Shown here: one piece after another, positions 34,786-46,808 of the stretch | How the letters are laid out: each line of letters starts with the position of its first letter | Numbering within the stretch: position 1 is the first letter of the stretch | Made by a program: the position numbers and the translations under genes | Source of the DNA: Azolla caroliniana | Lineage: Eukaryota > Plantae > Polypodiophyta | NCBI GenBank assembly: GCA_043228905.1 | Contig: JBHGNT010000007.1 | Location: 18,166,001-18,230,000 of the forward strand | Length of the DNA: 64,000 bases | Direction of reading: 5' to 3' | Notes under the pieces: generated by a model | Seen by the model: the letters and a program-made list of their open reading frames with translations, nothing else | Database searches by the model: none | What the model was told of the DNA's origin: nothing

Positions 34786-37700
34786 GATTATGTGTGGAAG
34801 CAATAGAAAACCAAATACAGAAAATACATAGGTTTAATGGAGAGCTTGAATATACACAATACGCAGGAAAGACAGAGAGAGAGAACACATAGAAACTCGA
34901 TTCAAAATAATACTCAATTAGTACATCGTATGTGTTCAGTGAACACTTTTATACAAGTCCATACGGACTGACAGAAGTATGGAGTACTTCAATGCTCACA
35001 CGAGCGTCTGACACTAACTACGAGATATTAACTCCCTAGTAGACTAGTTGTTACTTGGCTTCCAGTTACTGCTTGATCCAGCTAATCGGCTCCCTAGCTC
35101 ACCGACTCATCCTTCCAGATGCCGATCCGGATCCGGTTGAGCTTGCCGCTCAACACTCCCCCTCAAGCTCAACTTCAGGTCAGATCGTAGTGTCAGTCTC
35201 CATGGCAGCCGGTCCTTCCACCCGACTCCTTCTTGCGTCACTCTGCCTTGCTCACGCTCCTTGTCTGGTCCGGTCTTGTTTGCTGTGACCCTTCTATTTC
35301 TGCGCATCTCGACCTCCTCGGTCGGCATGTCTGCTCAACAGGCCCAAAGCAGCTCCCTTGCTATTGCGACTTTGGCACTTGCCGATTCCTTCGTGTTGGC
35401 GTTGACTTTCGCTGCCTTCTCGTCCTCTTGGCCATGAATTAATCCGGTTTCTTCCAAATCCGTCTGTTGAACTGAATCGGCGGTCTCCAATTCGTTCCAA
35501 CTCTTGTCCGAATCGGTCGCTCCTGATTCGTCTTCCGGTTCCAGGCCCTTCACCACATCGGACAATGTCCCGGTCTTGGCCTTCTTCTTCCGGTCGGCTC
35601 TGTCCTTCTTGACTCTGCCACCGTTGCCGCTTGTTCCAACTTGTTCGGATGTGTCAACTTCCTTTGTTGACTCGACTCCTTTCTTCTTCTTGTCTCTCCC
35701 TTTGTCGTTTCTTCCCTCACTAGTGCAATCAACAATCTCTTTGCCTTTGCCTGTTCTGATGCCCATTCTCCCCCTCAAGTGTGGCACGTCGAGATGCTGA
35801 ACACCAAGCATTTCGGTGAAGTGCTGCAACTTGCCTGATCCAAGCGACTTGGTCAAGATGTCAGCAACTTGCCGATCCGTATGAACATACCGAAGTTCGA
35901 CTTCACCGCTCAGGACACGCTCAAGCACGAAGTGGTAGTGCACTTCTATGTGCTTTGTGCGAGCATGGAATACGAGGCTCTTGGCGAGTTGCATGTTGCT
36001 TATGTTGTCGCAATAGATCAGGATCGGGGTCGGCACCTCAATCTGCAAATCTTGCAGCAGTCGTCGAAGCCAAATGGCTACACAGGTGGCAACGGTAGCG
36101 CCCTGGTATTCAGCCTCAATGCTCGAAAGAGCCACTGTTGGCTGCTTTTTGCTACTCCATGCAACAGCCGCGCTACCAAGGGAAAACATATAGCCTGAGG
36201 TGGATCGACGATTTGATGCATCGCCGGCCCAGTCGGCATCGATGTAGCCGACTAGCTCTTCGGTTATACCATGCCGGTATAACAGTCCTTGTTCCTTCGT
36301 GCCTCTCACATATCGCAAAATTCGATGCGCGCACAGAAGGTGCTCCGTGGTTGGCAACTGCATATATTGGTTGATCACGCCGACTGGATAACTGATGTCA
36401 GGTCGGGTGATTGTCAAATATATGAGGCTTCCGACGATTTGTCGGAATCGTTTCTCATTGCTGGCCGGTCTGGAGTTGGGACAGAGCTTCTAGTTTTGGT
36501 CTAGGGGTGTAGAAATAGGTCGGCATTCCGTCATGCCGAACTTGTACAGTATATTCAACACATAGTGCCTCTGTGAGAGCAATATGCCGTCAGGGGTTCG
36601 GATCACCTCGATCCTAAGGAAATAATGAAGGTCCCCTGGATCCTTCATCTCAAATGCGACCGACCGTTCGGACTTGATTCAGTTAATTTCGTCGAGTACG
36701 GGTCCGGTGATGACTAGATCATCAACATACAATAAGATGCAAACTGGACCGTCCGGACCTTGACGAATGAACAAAGAAGAGTCAGACTTGGAGGCCGCAA
36801 ACCCCATCTTACGCAATCGGTGCGTGACCTTCGCATTCCAAGCTCGGGGGGCTTGCTTCAGGCCATCAAGTGACTTCTTCAGCCGGCATACCGCCGACTT
36901 GTTCATCTCCGTCTGGAAACTGGGAGGTTGGGTCATAAAGACCTTTTCTTCAAGATCTCCTTCAGAAGAAATGCATTCTTCACGTCCATCTGGTGAAGAT
37001 GCCACTCCCTTGTTGCAGCAACCGCCAACACCACACGAACCGTCGTCATCTTCGCTATTGGAGCGAAGGTCTCGTCGTAGTCGATTCTGTGGGTCTACGC
37101 GTATCCCTTCGCCACTAATCGGGCCTTGTACTAGTTAACCAAACCGTCAGCATTGTACTTAACCTTATACACCCACTTACATCCGATTAGTTTACATTGT
37201 CGGGAAGGGTCAACTAGGTCCCATGTGTCGTTGGCATCAAGTGCCCGCATTTCCTCCTCCATAGCGGCACGCCAATTTGCATCCTTTGCTGCTTTTGCGT
37301 CGCTCCCCTGCTCACGCACTTCTGCCACCTTGGTCATGTACGCATAATGATGCGCCATGTACTCATTGTACCCGTACCGCTTTACGGGGTTCTTCTGACG
37401 AGAAGACCGATGTAACTTATCCTTAGCCGGTTTGAGGCCCTTCTTGGCCAATGCGGTCTTTGTTGCCAAAGATCCGCCTTCATCCTTTCTATAGTCGGAC
37501 TCGCTCCGATCCGACTCAACGCTTCCGGTTTCGTATTCCGACATCTTCTTCTTCCCCTTCTCTTTCCGCGTTAACCGTCTCTTGGGTTCCTTGCGCGGGG
37601 AGAGCACGAAAGAGTCTCCATTACTCGTCGGTTCCTCATCCGACTGGTCATCCCGACTCAGCCGCTCATTCGGTCCACTTAACCGAAATGAGATCGGACT

Positions 37701-40546
37701 CTCTTCTAGAGTGCCAAGGTCTCCATCTTCTATCTGGACCGGTTCAAGCTCACTAGCCTCATCCTCCGGTATTGGGTAGGGGTCGGAAGTCGGAGCCGGT
37801 AAGGCATACCATGATGCCGTCTCATCAAACTCAACATCCCCGCTTACTCGGACCTGCTTCGTCCGGGGGTTATTACACTTATACCCCTTTTGCTCATGCG
37901 AGTAACCAACCAGGATGCATTTCTCTGACTTTGCATCCAAATTCCTCCGCTTCTCATCCGGTACATGCACATATGCAATGCTACCAAATATCCGAAGGTG
38001 TCTCAGATTCGGCTTGCGCATGAAATACAACTCATGCGCGGAAACCTTGTCACTGATCCGGTTTTGGATGTAGATGGCCGTCCGGACCGCCTCCGCCCAA
38101 TAGAAATGGGGCATGCTTTTCTCCTCCAGCATTGCCCTTGCCGTGTCGACAATCGATCGGTTCTTCCTTTCAGCCACACCGTTTTGCTCCGGTGTGTACC
38201 TGCAACTAAACTTTCTCTGATATTCCTTCTTGATGCAGATAAATGTTGAATTGGACGGAAAAGTATTCTTTTCCGCCATTTGACCGAAGGCACTTGATCT
38301 TCCTCTCCGTTTCCCGTTCAACCAGGTTTTGCAGGTTCCAGAAACACTCGAAGACTTCGCTCTTCCGCTCAATGAGGTAGATCCATGTCTGCCGACTGTA
38401 GTCGTCGATGAAGGAGATGAAATACCGACTCCCGCCAAGACTAACATTCTGTGTCGGTCTCCATACATCCGAATCAATTAGGTCGAGCTTGTTATGGCTA
38501 CGGTTTTGTTCGGTGGGGAATGGAAGCCGGTGTTGCTTCCCGAGTTGGCAGGCTTCACATATTTGGGCCTTCCGGCCACTGAACTTCGGCAAACCGAATA
38601 CAACTTGTTTCGTTTGCAAGTCTTGAAGCCTCCGGTAATTGACGTGGCCGATCCGCATGTGCGAGAGATCAATATTCAATTCAATCATCTGTCCTTTCAC
38701 GAACAAAGCGGTGTCGACGTCATTGGTGTCGAGGATGAACATCCTCCCATCTTTGCGCCCTTGTGCAATAATCTGGCCCTCTTCCTCGATGAAGCACCCA
38801 AGGTGTGTAAACCGCACCTACATCGCCTGGCCAACGATCTGACCGACTGACACCAGGTTCTTCATGATAGTCGAAACGTGTAATACGTTCATAAGCTTCC
38901 CCCTCTGTCCAACGTGGCTCAAAGGGACTTCTCTGATATGCATGATCGGGTGGGGAGTGTCGTCTCCGGTTTCGACGACCCCCTGTTGTTCCGGTTTCTC
39001 CAAGAAGGAGAACCACTCTTTGTGGCTCATCATATGACTCGACGCACCAGAATCAACGTACCACACTTCCTCCAATTTGGAAGTGGTCTTCTTCATCGAG
39101 TTAGCCTCGTGTTACATCACCAAGGCTGGCCCTTTACCGGCTTTTCCGGTTTTGGATCGTCCCAATCCTTTTACGTAGTGCGAGTATTGTCGGTTCTCTG
39201 CCGTTTCTTGCCGGATCCGGATCTGTCCAAATCGGCACGCTTCTTCTAGCACTCGGTTTCTCTATGGCCCTTTTTACCATAGTACCAGCATTCCGTGTCG
39301 GCCTTTTCTTGCCGGACTCCAACGCCGCCTTGACTCCCCCTGCTTGTGGAGGGTTCGAAACTGCTGTCGGCACCCTCTCTGTGCCTTCGGTCCTGCTCTT
39401 GCCGGCCGCTACCATTGCGAGCCGACCCGCCTCGTCCACCACGCCCGCGGGGCCGATCCGCCTCCGTGTACAACATCTGGCTGTCGGTGGGTGCACTTTT
39501 TGACACACCGGCGTGGTTCTCCTCTACAAGGAGCATCGACTATAAGTCGAAAAACGACGGTGTATTCTTCCGTGTACACACAGAAGTTCGGAATGTTCCG
39601 AACTTTGACACCAGTCCCCCGAGACAGATTTGCACCATCACGCCTTCCTCGATGTTCACATCAATAGAGGCTAAGGAGTTGCATATCTCTTTGATCTTCG
39701 AGGTGTAATCAGCCACCAACAAGTCCCGTTGTCGTAAGTTGCTCAGCTCCTGTCGGAGTTGGAGCTTCCTGGGGTTGGTGCTTGCGGTGAAGATCTTCTT
39801 CAGATTTCCCCAAGCATCCTTCGGCGTTTTCGCATCCCGAATATAGCTCAGGAGTTGTTCGCCCACACAAGACACGAAGCAGTACAATACTCTGCTCACC
39901 GACTGTTCCCACGCCGGAAAATCTCTGTGTGTCGATTCGGATGCTGTGTCATTTGCTCCATCGTCATAGCTCCAGTAACCATGCCTGAGCAGGTATTGCT
40001 GCATCTTGTAGCACCAAGACGCGTAGTTGTTTCTGTCGAGCTTCTTAGTAGGAAGCGAGCTAGCCATGCCTGTATCCATTCTGTTTTTCTTGTTCTTCTT
40101 GGTTAGTTTTCTTTTCAAGCTATGTCGGCTATAGAGGTTCTCAATCCTTGCGCTCTAATACCATGTAAAATATTATGTGTGGAAGCAATAGAAAACCGAA
40201 CACAGAAAATACGCAGGTTTAATGGAGAGCTTGAATATACACAGTACGTGGGAGAGAGAGAGAGAGAGAGAGAGAACACACAGAAACTTGATTCAAAATA
40301 ATACTCAATTTGTACATCGTATGTGTTCAATGAACACTTTTATACAAGTCCATACAAACTGACAGGAGTACGGTGTACTTCAATGCTCACACGAGCGTCT
40401 GACACTAACTACGAGATATTAACTCCCTAGTAGACTAGCTGCTACTTGGCTTCCGATTACTGCTTGATCCAGCTAATCGGCTCCCTAGCTCACCGGCTCA
40501 CCCTTCCGGATGTTGATCCGGATCTGGTTGAGCTTGCCGCTCAACA
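34786..40546 (-). mobile_element. Copia B: decayed full-length Ty1/Copia (Ale-like features)
   Basis: 5' LTR 40164-40546; 3' LTR 34786-35155 (last ~7 bp lost); PBS 40152-40163 abutting the LTR; PPT from 35156; gag, WYVDSGAS, IN (QNGVAER), RT (YVDD) and RH (HARTKHIEVHYHF) fragments. Confidence 0.95.
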
Positions 40547-40954
40547 AGGTTAAACCATCCATACTTGGACAACAATTTTTAGGCAAAGCTTGGAGTGCTT
40601 CACTCAATTCCTCATAAGTAAGAACGTTTTGAAGCATGACATTCATATCTTGTGTTATTCTTGAACTCAATTTATTCCATACACAAGACTGACTGATTAA
40701 ATCCTCATCGGAGAAAGAAACATCTGATAATAGGTAAGTATAGTATCGTGTGGCTATTTCTCTCATCACTTGAGGGTCAAATGAGATAGTTCCATTCTCA
40801 TGTTGTAGTTGTTTAAGTGAAACCGCATTATGATGTGGTCTCGTGGCATGAAAAAATTCAACTGTGCATTTATCACCCATTTGGGTCCAATTAGCTGCCC
40901 GATGATGATATTGAAATTCTGCACATTGTTCTAATAGTATAGCAAGTTCTTGTC
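40547..40954 (-). repeat. 408-bp inverted copy of LINE-X segment 46401-46808
   Basis: Near-identical peptides (QELAILL...MDGLT) and the same LINE/LTR junction. Confidence 0.92.
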
Positions 40955-41415
40955 CAACCAAATACTTTTAACCAATTCAGTTTGTGAGCCCCTTACTTGA
41001 TGAAAAACGAGAGAGCATTGTGCCTTCCGTATGTAATATGCAATAACACTACATAGTATCTTCCATAATGGTTGGATCTCCTTCCTTATCCCTAAAAACT
41101 ACATCGAAACTAATGTAAAGTGCACGAACACTTCTAGATTTGGTGCAATAACTATGGTTCATAAGATTTGGGCGTCATAATGGAAAGTAGAGCGGATAAG
41201 TGACATCCAAACCACCATACCCCATGTGAATACCGATGGGGGGAAAGTAGTTAGAAAATATCCTAAGGCGGCGTTGCGATACCAGTTGAGACTTAATGCA
41301 GTCCCATAGAGTTGACAGTGTTTCTGAGTTTTAGATTGTAAATGATAGTGAGCACAACTACAAGATACACCCATCTTACGCAACCTTGTGCCAATAGGCA
41401 AGGCTTGATGTACAT
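40951..41415 (-). mobile_element. LINE-Y fragment (zinc-finger and 3' region)
   Basis: HQALPIGT..RKMG..C..TQKHC motifs; 40951-41065 matches 46910-47018 in reverse complement. Confidence 0.85.
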
Positions 41416-41430
41416 GACATACATACATAT

Positions 41431-43103
41431 GGAAAGCATTATTGCTTGATCGTTGTTCAGATTGCTCTCCTTGCTTAGGTGCCTCATGGTCGAAGGATGT
41501 AAATTGGATATTTAGGGAAAATTTCCGAGTACCTTCAACCAATAGATGGGGAGAGCAATTTATTAAGACATTATTTTCAGCATGGAAACAAGTATTATCG
41601 TGTTTGCTTCATAGTAAACCTAACCCCAAACATTATCTTGAGTATCTCAAACAAAAGATAGTCTGGAACTCATTGTTTACAACATCGGATGGTTCGATTT
41701 TGGGTTCTAGACAATGGCCATCGTGGGGGAAAATGACAAAAGGTACTGTGAAAACAATTCAGACTTGGAAAGAATTTTTATCGCGGTAATTGGAAGAGCA
41801 AAAAGAAATCCTACGTAATATGCATGGAGGTCAAATAATGTATCAACAAATTCAGGAAGCTATGAGTAGATTCCCCATACCACCCAATAACTCAAACCAT
41901 AGATGGGTTGGGGTTTTTCCAAGATTGGAAGTACTCTTGGATGTTAAAGGGTATTCAGATGAGAAGACATATTGGTTTTTTGAGGTGGATGAAACAAACC
42001 AATTGTCCCAGTCGGGGGAAATGGTGATCGATTACCCCTATGTTATTGAACACAAGATAAAGGTCATAGGATATGTCAATCGTAAATGGTATATTGATCC
42101 ATTGATAGAGGAAATATGACCACATTGGAAGTTGTGGGTGTTAGCTAAAAACCTGCTATTCAGATTAGATTGGGACCCAATTGATTATCAATGGACAAAT
42201 CCTTATACGGGTAACAAGTTCAATTTCTTCCAATATTCTGTACAGTTGGGAAGACATGTACTTTCAGATACACATGATGTGTTGTCAACTGCATCTCAAT
42301 ATTGGAATCAACAAGGTATTACTCCCCAATTCCTTGCAAAATTCTGGGATATCTTATGGGCAAGAAAACAACCACACAAAATATTGCATTTGCAATAGTT
42401 AGTTGTACACCGGGCCTTGTCAGTTGGCACATGGTTGCATAAGATGGGAGTATCTTCTAGTTGTACTCGATGCCATTTACAAATGGAAACTCAAAAACAT
42501 TGTTTATGGGAATGCATTGAGCCTCAACCGATATGGCAATGTCTTCCTTAGAATTTTTGCTAATTTTTTTCCCCCATTGGTTTTCACTTGGGACATTGTG
42601 GTTTGGACATCACTTTGTCCGTGATGCGTTCCATTATGACACCAAATCTATGGACCATGGGGTTTTCACTAAATATGGAAGTGTTCATACATTACCATTG
42701 TTGTCATTACAGTTTTCAAGAGTACAGAAGGAAGTCCAGCCAGTATGGGAGATACTGAGTAGTATCATTGTATATAACATCTGGAAGAATCGGTGCACTC
42801 TCGTTTTCAATCAACTTAAAACACCACCAGCTGAAGTGGTTTCAAATATTTGGTTAGACATAGTTCATACTTTGAAGGGTCAATGGGATGGTATAGTTGG
42901 AGATTCTGAGGCGAAAATTGCTCAACGGCATGAGTTTCTTATTATCTTGACAACTTCTCCATTCATGACATTCAATTATGACACTCCTTATTGGCATTTT
43001 CAACCTCTGAAATGGTTGTTTCTCCTGCCAATCACATAGAGGTTTAAAATCTTGTAAAACGTTTTATACTAATGAAAATATATCTTCTTTAAAAGAAAAA
43101 AAA
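41431..43103 (+). mobile_element. LINE-Z: 5'-truncated L1-like LINE with A-rich tail
   Basis: Colinear with about 56005-58290; candidate TSD gaca(t/c)acatacatat at 41416-41430 and 43104-43118. Confidence 0.88.
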
Positions 43104-43486
43104 GACACACATACATATACACAAACATATATGTATCCATAAAATCCATCCATCCATCCATCTATACATACATGCATGCATATATACATATACATATACA
43201 TACACAAATACATACAAACATACGATTTTCCATTCTTCAATCTTTGAGTGGGAAACTTCACATGTTTCTACACATACACAAACACAAACACGATAGTACA
43301 GAGAGAGAGACAAACAGTCACTACCCGCCATAGCTACGCTTCTCAATCTCTACTCTTCCCGATAGCCTTCCTGTCCCAACACCGCTGCCAGTTCTCCCTC
43401 CCTACAGAGGCTCCATCGAAGAAGCTTCAAATTCCAAGAATCTGTGAGAAAAACACAACTAGGAGGAGAGGAAAAACAAATAACGA

Positions 43487-45340
43487 ATGGTGAAGAGAAG
43501 GATGCGCAAATCGTTATAGACAAGACAAATAGGATGGCTGATACGGTACACTAGGGGAACTCTGATGCAGCGCCCCCGACAACTCCTCCACAGTTAGCCT
43601 TCACTGTTGTCTTCACACCGGAATAGGAAGCATTGTTGAAAAGGGAGGTAAGTCGTCTACATTCCTACTCAATAGTGTGTAGGGTTATAGGTTTAAGACC
43701 GAATAGAGGAGATTTGAGAGATCTCCTCCAAGTGGCTTTCCAACATAGGATTGGAAAAATAATCGATGTGCAATTTCTTGGGCATGCATTTTATCACCTA
43801 GAATTGGATATAGCCGAATCCGTTGTAGTCATGTTGAATGCAAATGTGATTAATATTCGCAATGCTATTGCTTGTTTTGTGCCATGGAAACTGGGCTTTG
43901 ATCCTGTTGAAATGTTGAATTCGAGGAATCGTTTGACCCCAATTTTTGTGGTTTTCCCGAGAATCCCTAAAGAGTACATGGTTGTACTCCCAGCAATCGC
44001 AGCAAGAATTGGTACGGTTCTTCCTCCTTGTGAGGAGCCATTAGAAACAAAGCTAACAGGATATCCATCAATTCGAATATTAGCTACCTCAATCGAAAAT
44101 TTACCTACTCAGGTACTTCTACCATCTCTCACCAGGAAGACGATATTCATGCAAAAATTGGAGTATGTAGGTATGCCTAGACAATGTTTTTATTGTAAAC
44201 AACAAGGACATGTATTGAAAGATTGGCCAAAAAAGAAGAAGGGAGTTAGACCTCAAAATGGTACAAATAATGTGCATTCAAATGTTAACGATGGTAACAT
44301 GGATAAGAGTCAACATCCACATATAGTCGTGGGAACTGAGAAAGAGAAAAATGTTCAGCCCACCAAGGATGAAAAAGGGAAAAGTATTTCAACCATCCAA
44401 GGATGACATATGGACACCAATTGGAAAACGACATTCAATACCCAATAAATGCATAAAGTCTATGGATGTTAACGTAAGTATAGGTCGCTATGATGCCATA
44501 CAAGAAGTAGGTAACTCTTTGTCTCAAAATGATGTTCAGATATGTCAAATTAGCAATGTCTCTGAACATGCTACTCCTAGTGGAGAAGAGACTGAATCAG
44601 TCAATAATCTTGCTATGGCCATTCAAAGTAAAGAAACAAAGGTACTAAGTAAACAACATTTGAACTTGAGTAAGACATCGTGGCCCCTTCAGATATCTAT
44701 AAAATGATCATCTAGATTGAGAGGATTAAATGTGAATTTCATTCACACAATCCCGATAAAATCTCAAGTCCAAAATACTTGTGATTTTGCAGTCACTCGA
44801 TGGAATGCCACATATGGGTTTGAGTTTTTGAAATTGTTCGGAGACATAGTTGATAATGGCGTTGCATCAATACGCGTTCATGTTCTTTTCAAGAATATGC
44901 AATCTCTTGTAGGATTTTCATTTCCTTTTTGTGGTTATGATAAACAAACATGGGTGGCAGCAAATGTTCGTTTGGCTATTAGACAACAAACATTACACTT
45001 CGCAAAATATGTTAATTGTGACAAGTTTGGGGAAGTACTATTAAGGGGACTTGAGGCAGCAACTATACAACTTTTGCCAATGTCTGATGTCATGGGACGA
45101 AGACAAGTGGTTGTCTCCTTAGAATCTGAGATCCTTCCAAATTGTGGATATACCTATATTCATGAAGATGGGTTATCAGAAGGTCAAGTATTAGCTAAAG
45201 CTCATCATCATTATAGAATGGTACGCGATGCAATACCTTTAGCATGTTCGATAACATGTGAACAGGAGGGCAATGAAGCCAATTTGGAGCCATTAGCAAA
45301 AAACATGAAAATGGCATCACAAAAACCCAAGTTTCCTTAA
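43487..45340 (+). pseudogene. LINE-X ORF1 (stops and a frameshift) with long C-terminal region
   Basis: ORFs 43633-44406 (CFYCKQQGHVLKD), 44351-44707 and 44717-45340; the last two share a frame and are split by one TGA. Confidence 0.7.
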
Positions 45341-46808
45341 ATGCGAATGATTTCATGGAATGTCCAGGGGTTGGGGGGCCCCTTATATAGACGATACAAA
45401 CATCGTCTCCATCAAGAGATTAACAAATGCCTAGTGGGTGGATCCTTAGATTTTCTTTTAATACAAGAACATCATTTAAATTCTTTTAGAATTTCTCGTT
45501 ATGGTTCTATTCTATCTGGAAATTGGGACATGTTTTGGTCTCCCGCAATGGGCAACACAGAAGTCCGTGGTGGGGTTTGTATGGCTATTGCTCAGAGATG
45601 GATTCCATACATTATCCAAAAACAAGTGATCATTCCTGGAAGGGCTCAATATGTTATTATACAGGAAGGAGATATTACATGGGGACTCTTGAATATATAT
45701 GCTCCCAACATTGCCTCTGCACGGCAACAATTCTGGAAAGATTTATTAAATAATATGCCTCCCCTTGATCATTGGTGTATCGCTGGTGATTTCAACATGC
45801 TTGAGGACCCCATTGATAGAATGGGAGGTAGCTCAATCACGATACATGGCCATGAATTAGCAATGTGGGAGCAATTGGTGTTTTCCTTACAAATATTAGA
45901 TGCTTGGCACGCTCCTTTGATGGTTCATACAAACACCTCACTTTTGTTTTCAAGATCAGATAGGTGGGTAAATGGTACTAATTTAGCTCGATTGGATAGA
46001 TTCTATGTATCTGAAAAATTTATTTCAACAACTGGTATAATACATATAATGTCGGGAACTACCTTCTCTGATCATGCTCCAGTTATCATGTCAATTTCGA
46101 CCCAAAACCTTAAGGAATTCTCCAATCTGAAAATTCCTGAACACGTGTTGTTAGACAATAGCTTTTCCTTACAAGTGGCTGAAATATGGTCTCAAAAAGA
46201 TGTTGTACAGGAATCAATGTCTATGCGGGTAGCTTCTGGCTTACAATGCATTTCAGAATTTTTCAGGGTTAAATCCAAGGAGAGGTTTTCTATGCTACAA
46301 GAAAAGGAGAAATGGTCACGTACTTCTCTAGTTTCTCTACAACGATTACAAGACCGTTATCCACATTGCACATGGATTGCTGAGAAACTTGGGTCAGCAA
46401 GACAAGAACTTGCTATACTATTAAAACAACGTGCAGAATTTCAATATCATCATCGGGCAGCTAATTGGACCCAAATGGGTGATAAATGCACAGCTGAATT
46501 TTTTCATGCCATGAGACCACATCATAATGCGGTTTCACTTAAATAACTACAACGTGAGAATGGAACTATCTCATTTGACCCTCAAGTGATGAGAGAAAAA
46601 GCCACACGATACTATATTGACCTATTATCAGCTGTTTGTTTCTCCGATGAGGATTTAATTAGTCGGTCTTGTGTATGGAATAAATTGAGTTCAAGAATAA
46701 CACAAGATATGAATGTCATGCTTCAAAACGTTCTTACTTATGAGGAATTGAGTGAAGCACTCCAAGCTTTGCCTAAAAATTGTTGTCCAAGTATGGATGG
46801 TTTAACCC
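45341..46808 (+). pseudogene. LINE-X ORF2 N-terminal part (AP endonuclease)
   Basis: All APE motifs present; reads MDGLT|PTFF across the Copia C insertion. Confidence 0.92.

Noticed and set aside
34690-40954. LINE-mediated retrotransposition of a LINE-Copia chimera
   Set aside because: The LINE 3' end at 34690-34785 is much more diverged from LINE-X than the 408-bp duplicate is, and fits LINE-Y instead.
41145-41165. aactatg resembling the hAT MITE terminus
   Set aside because: The region aligns continuously with LINE sequence; there is no insertion.
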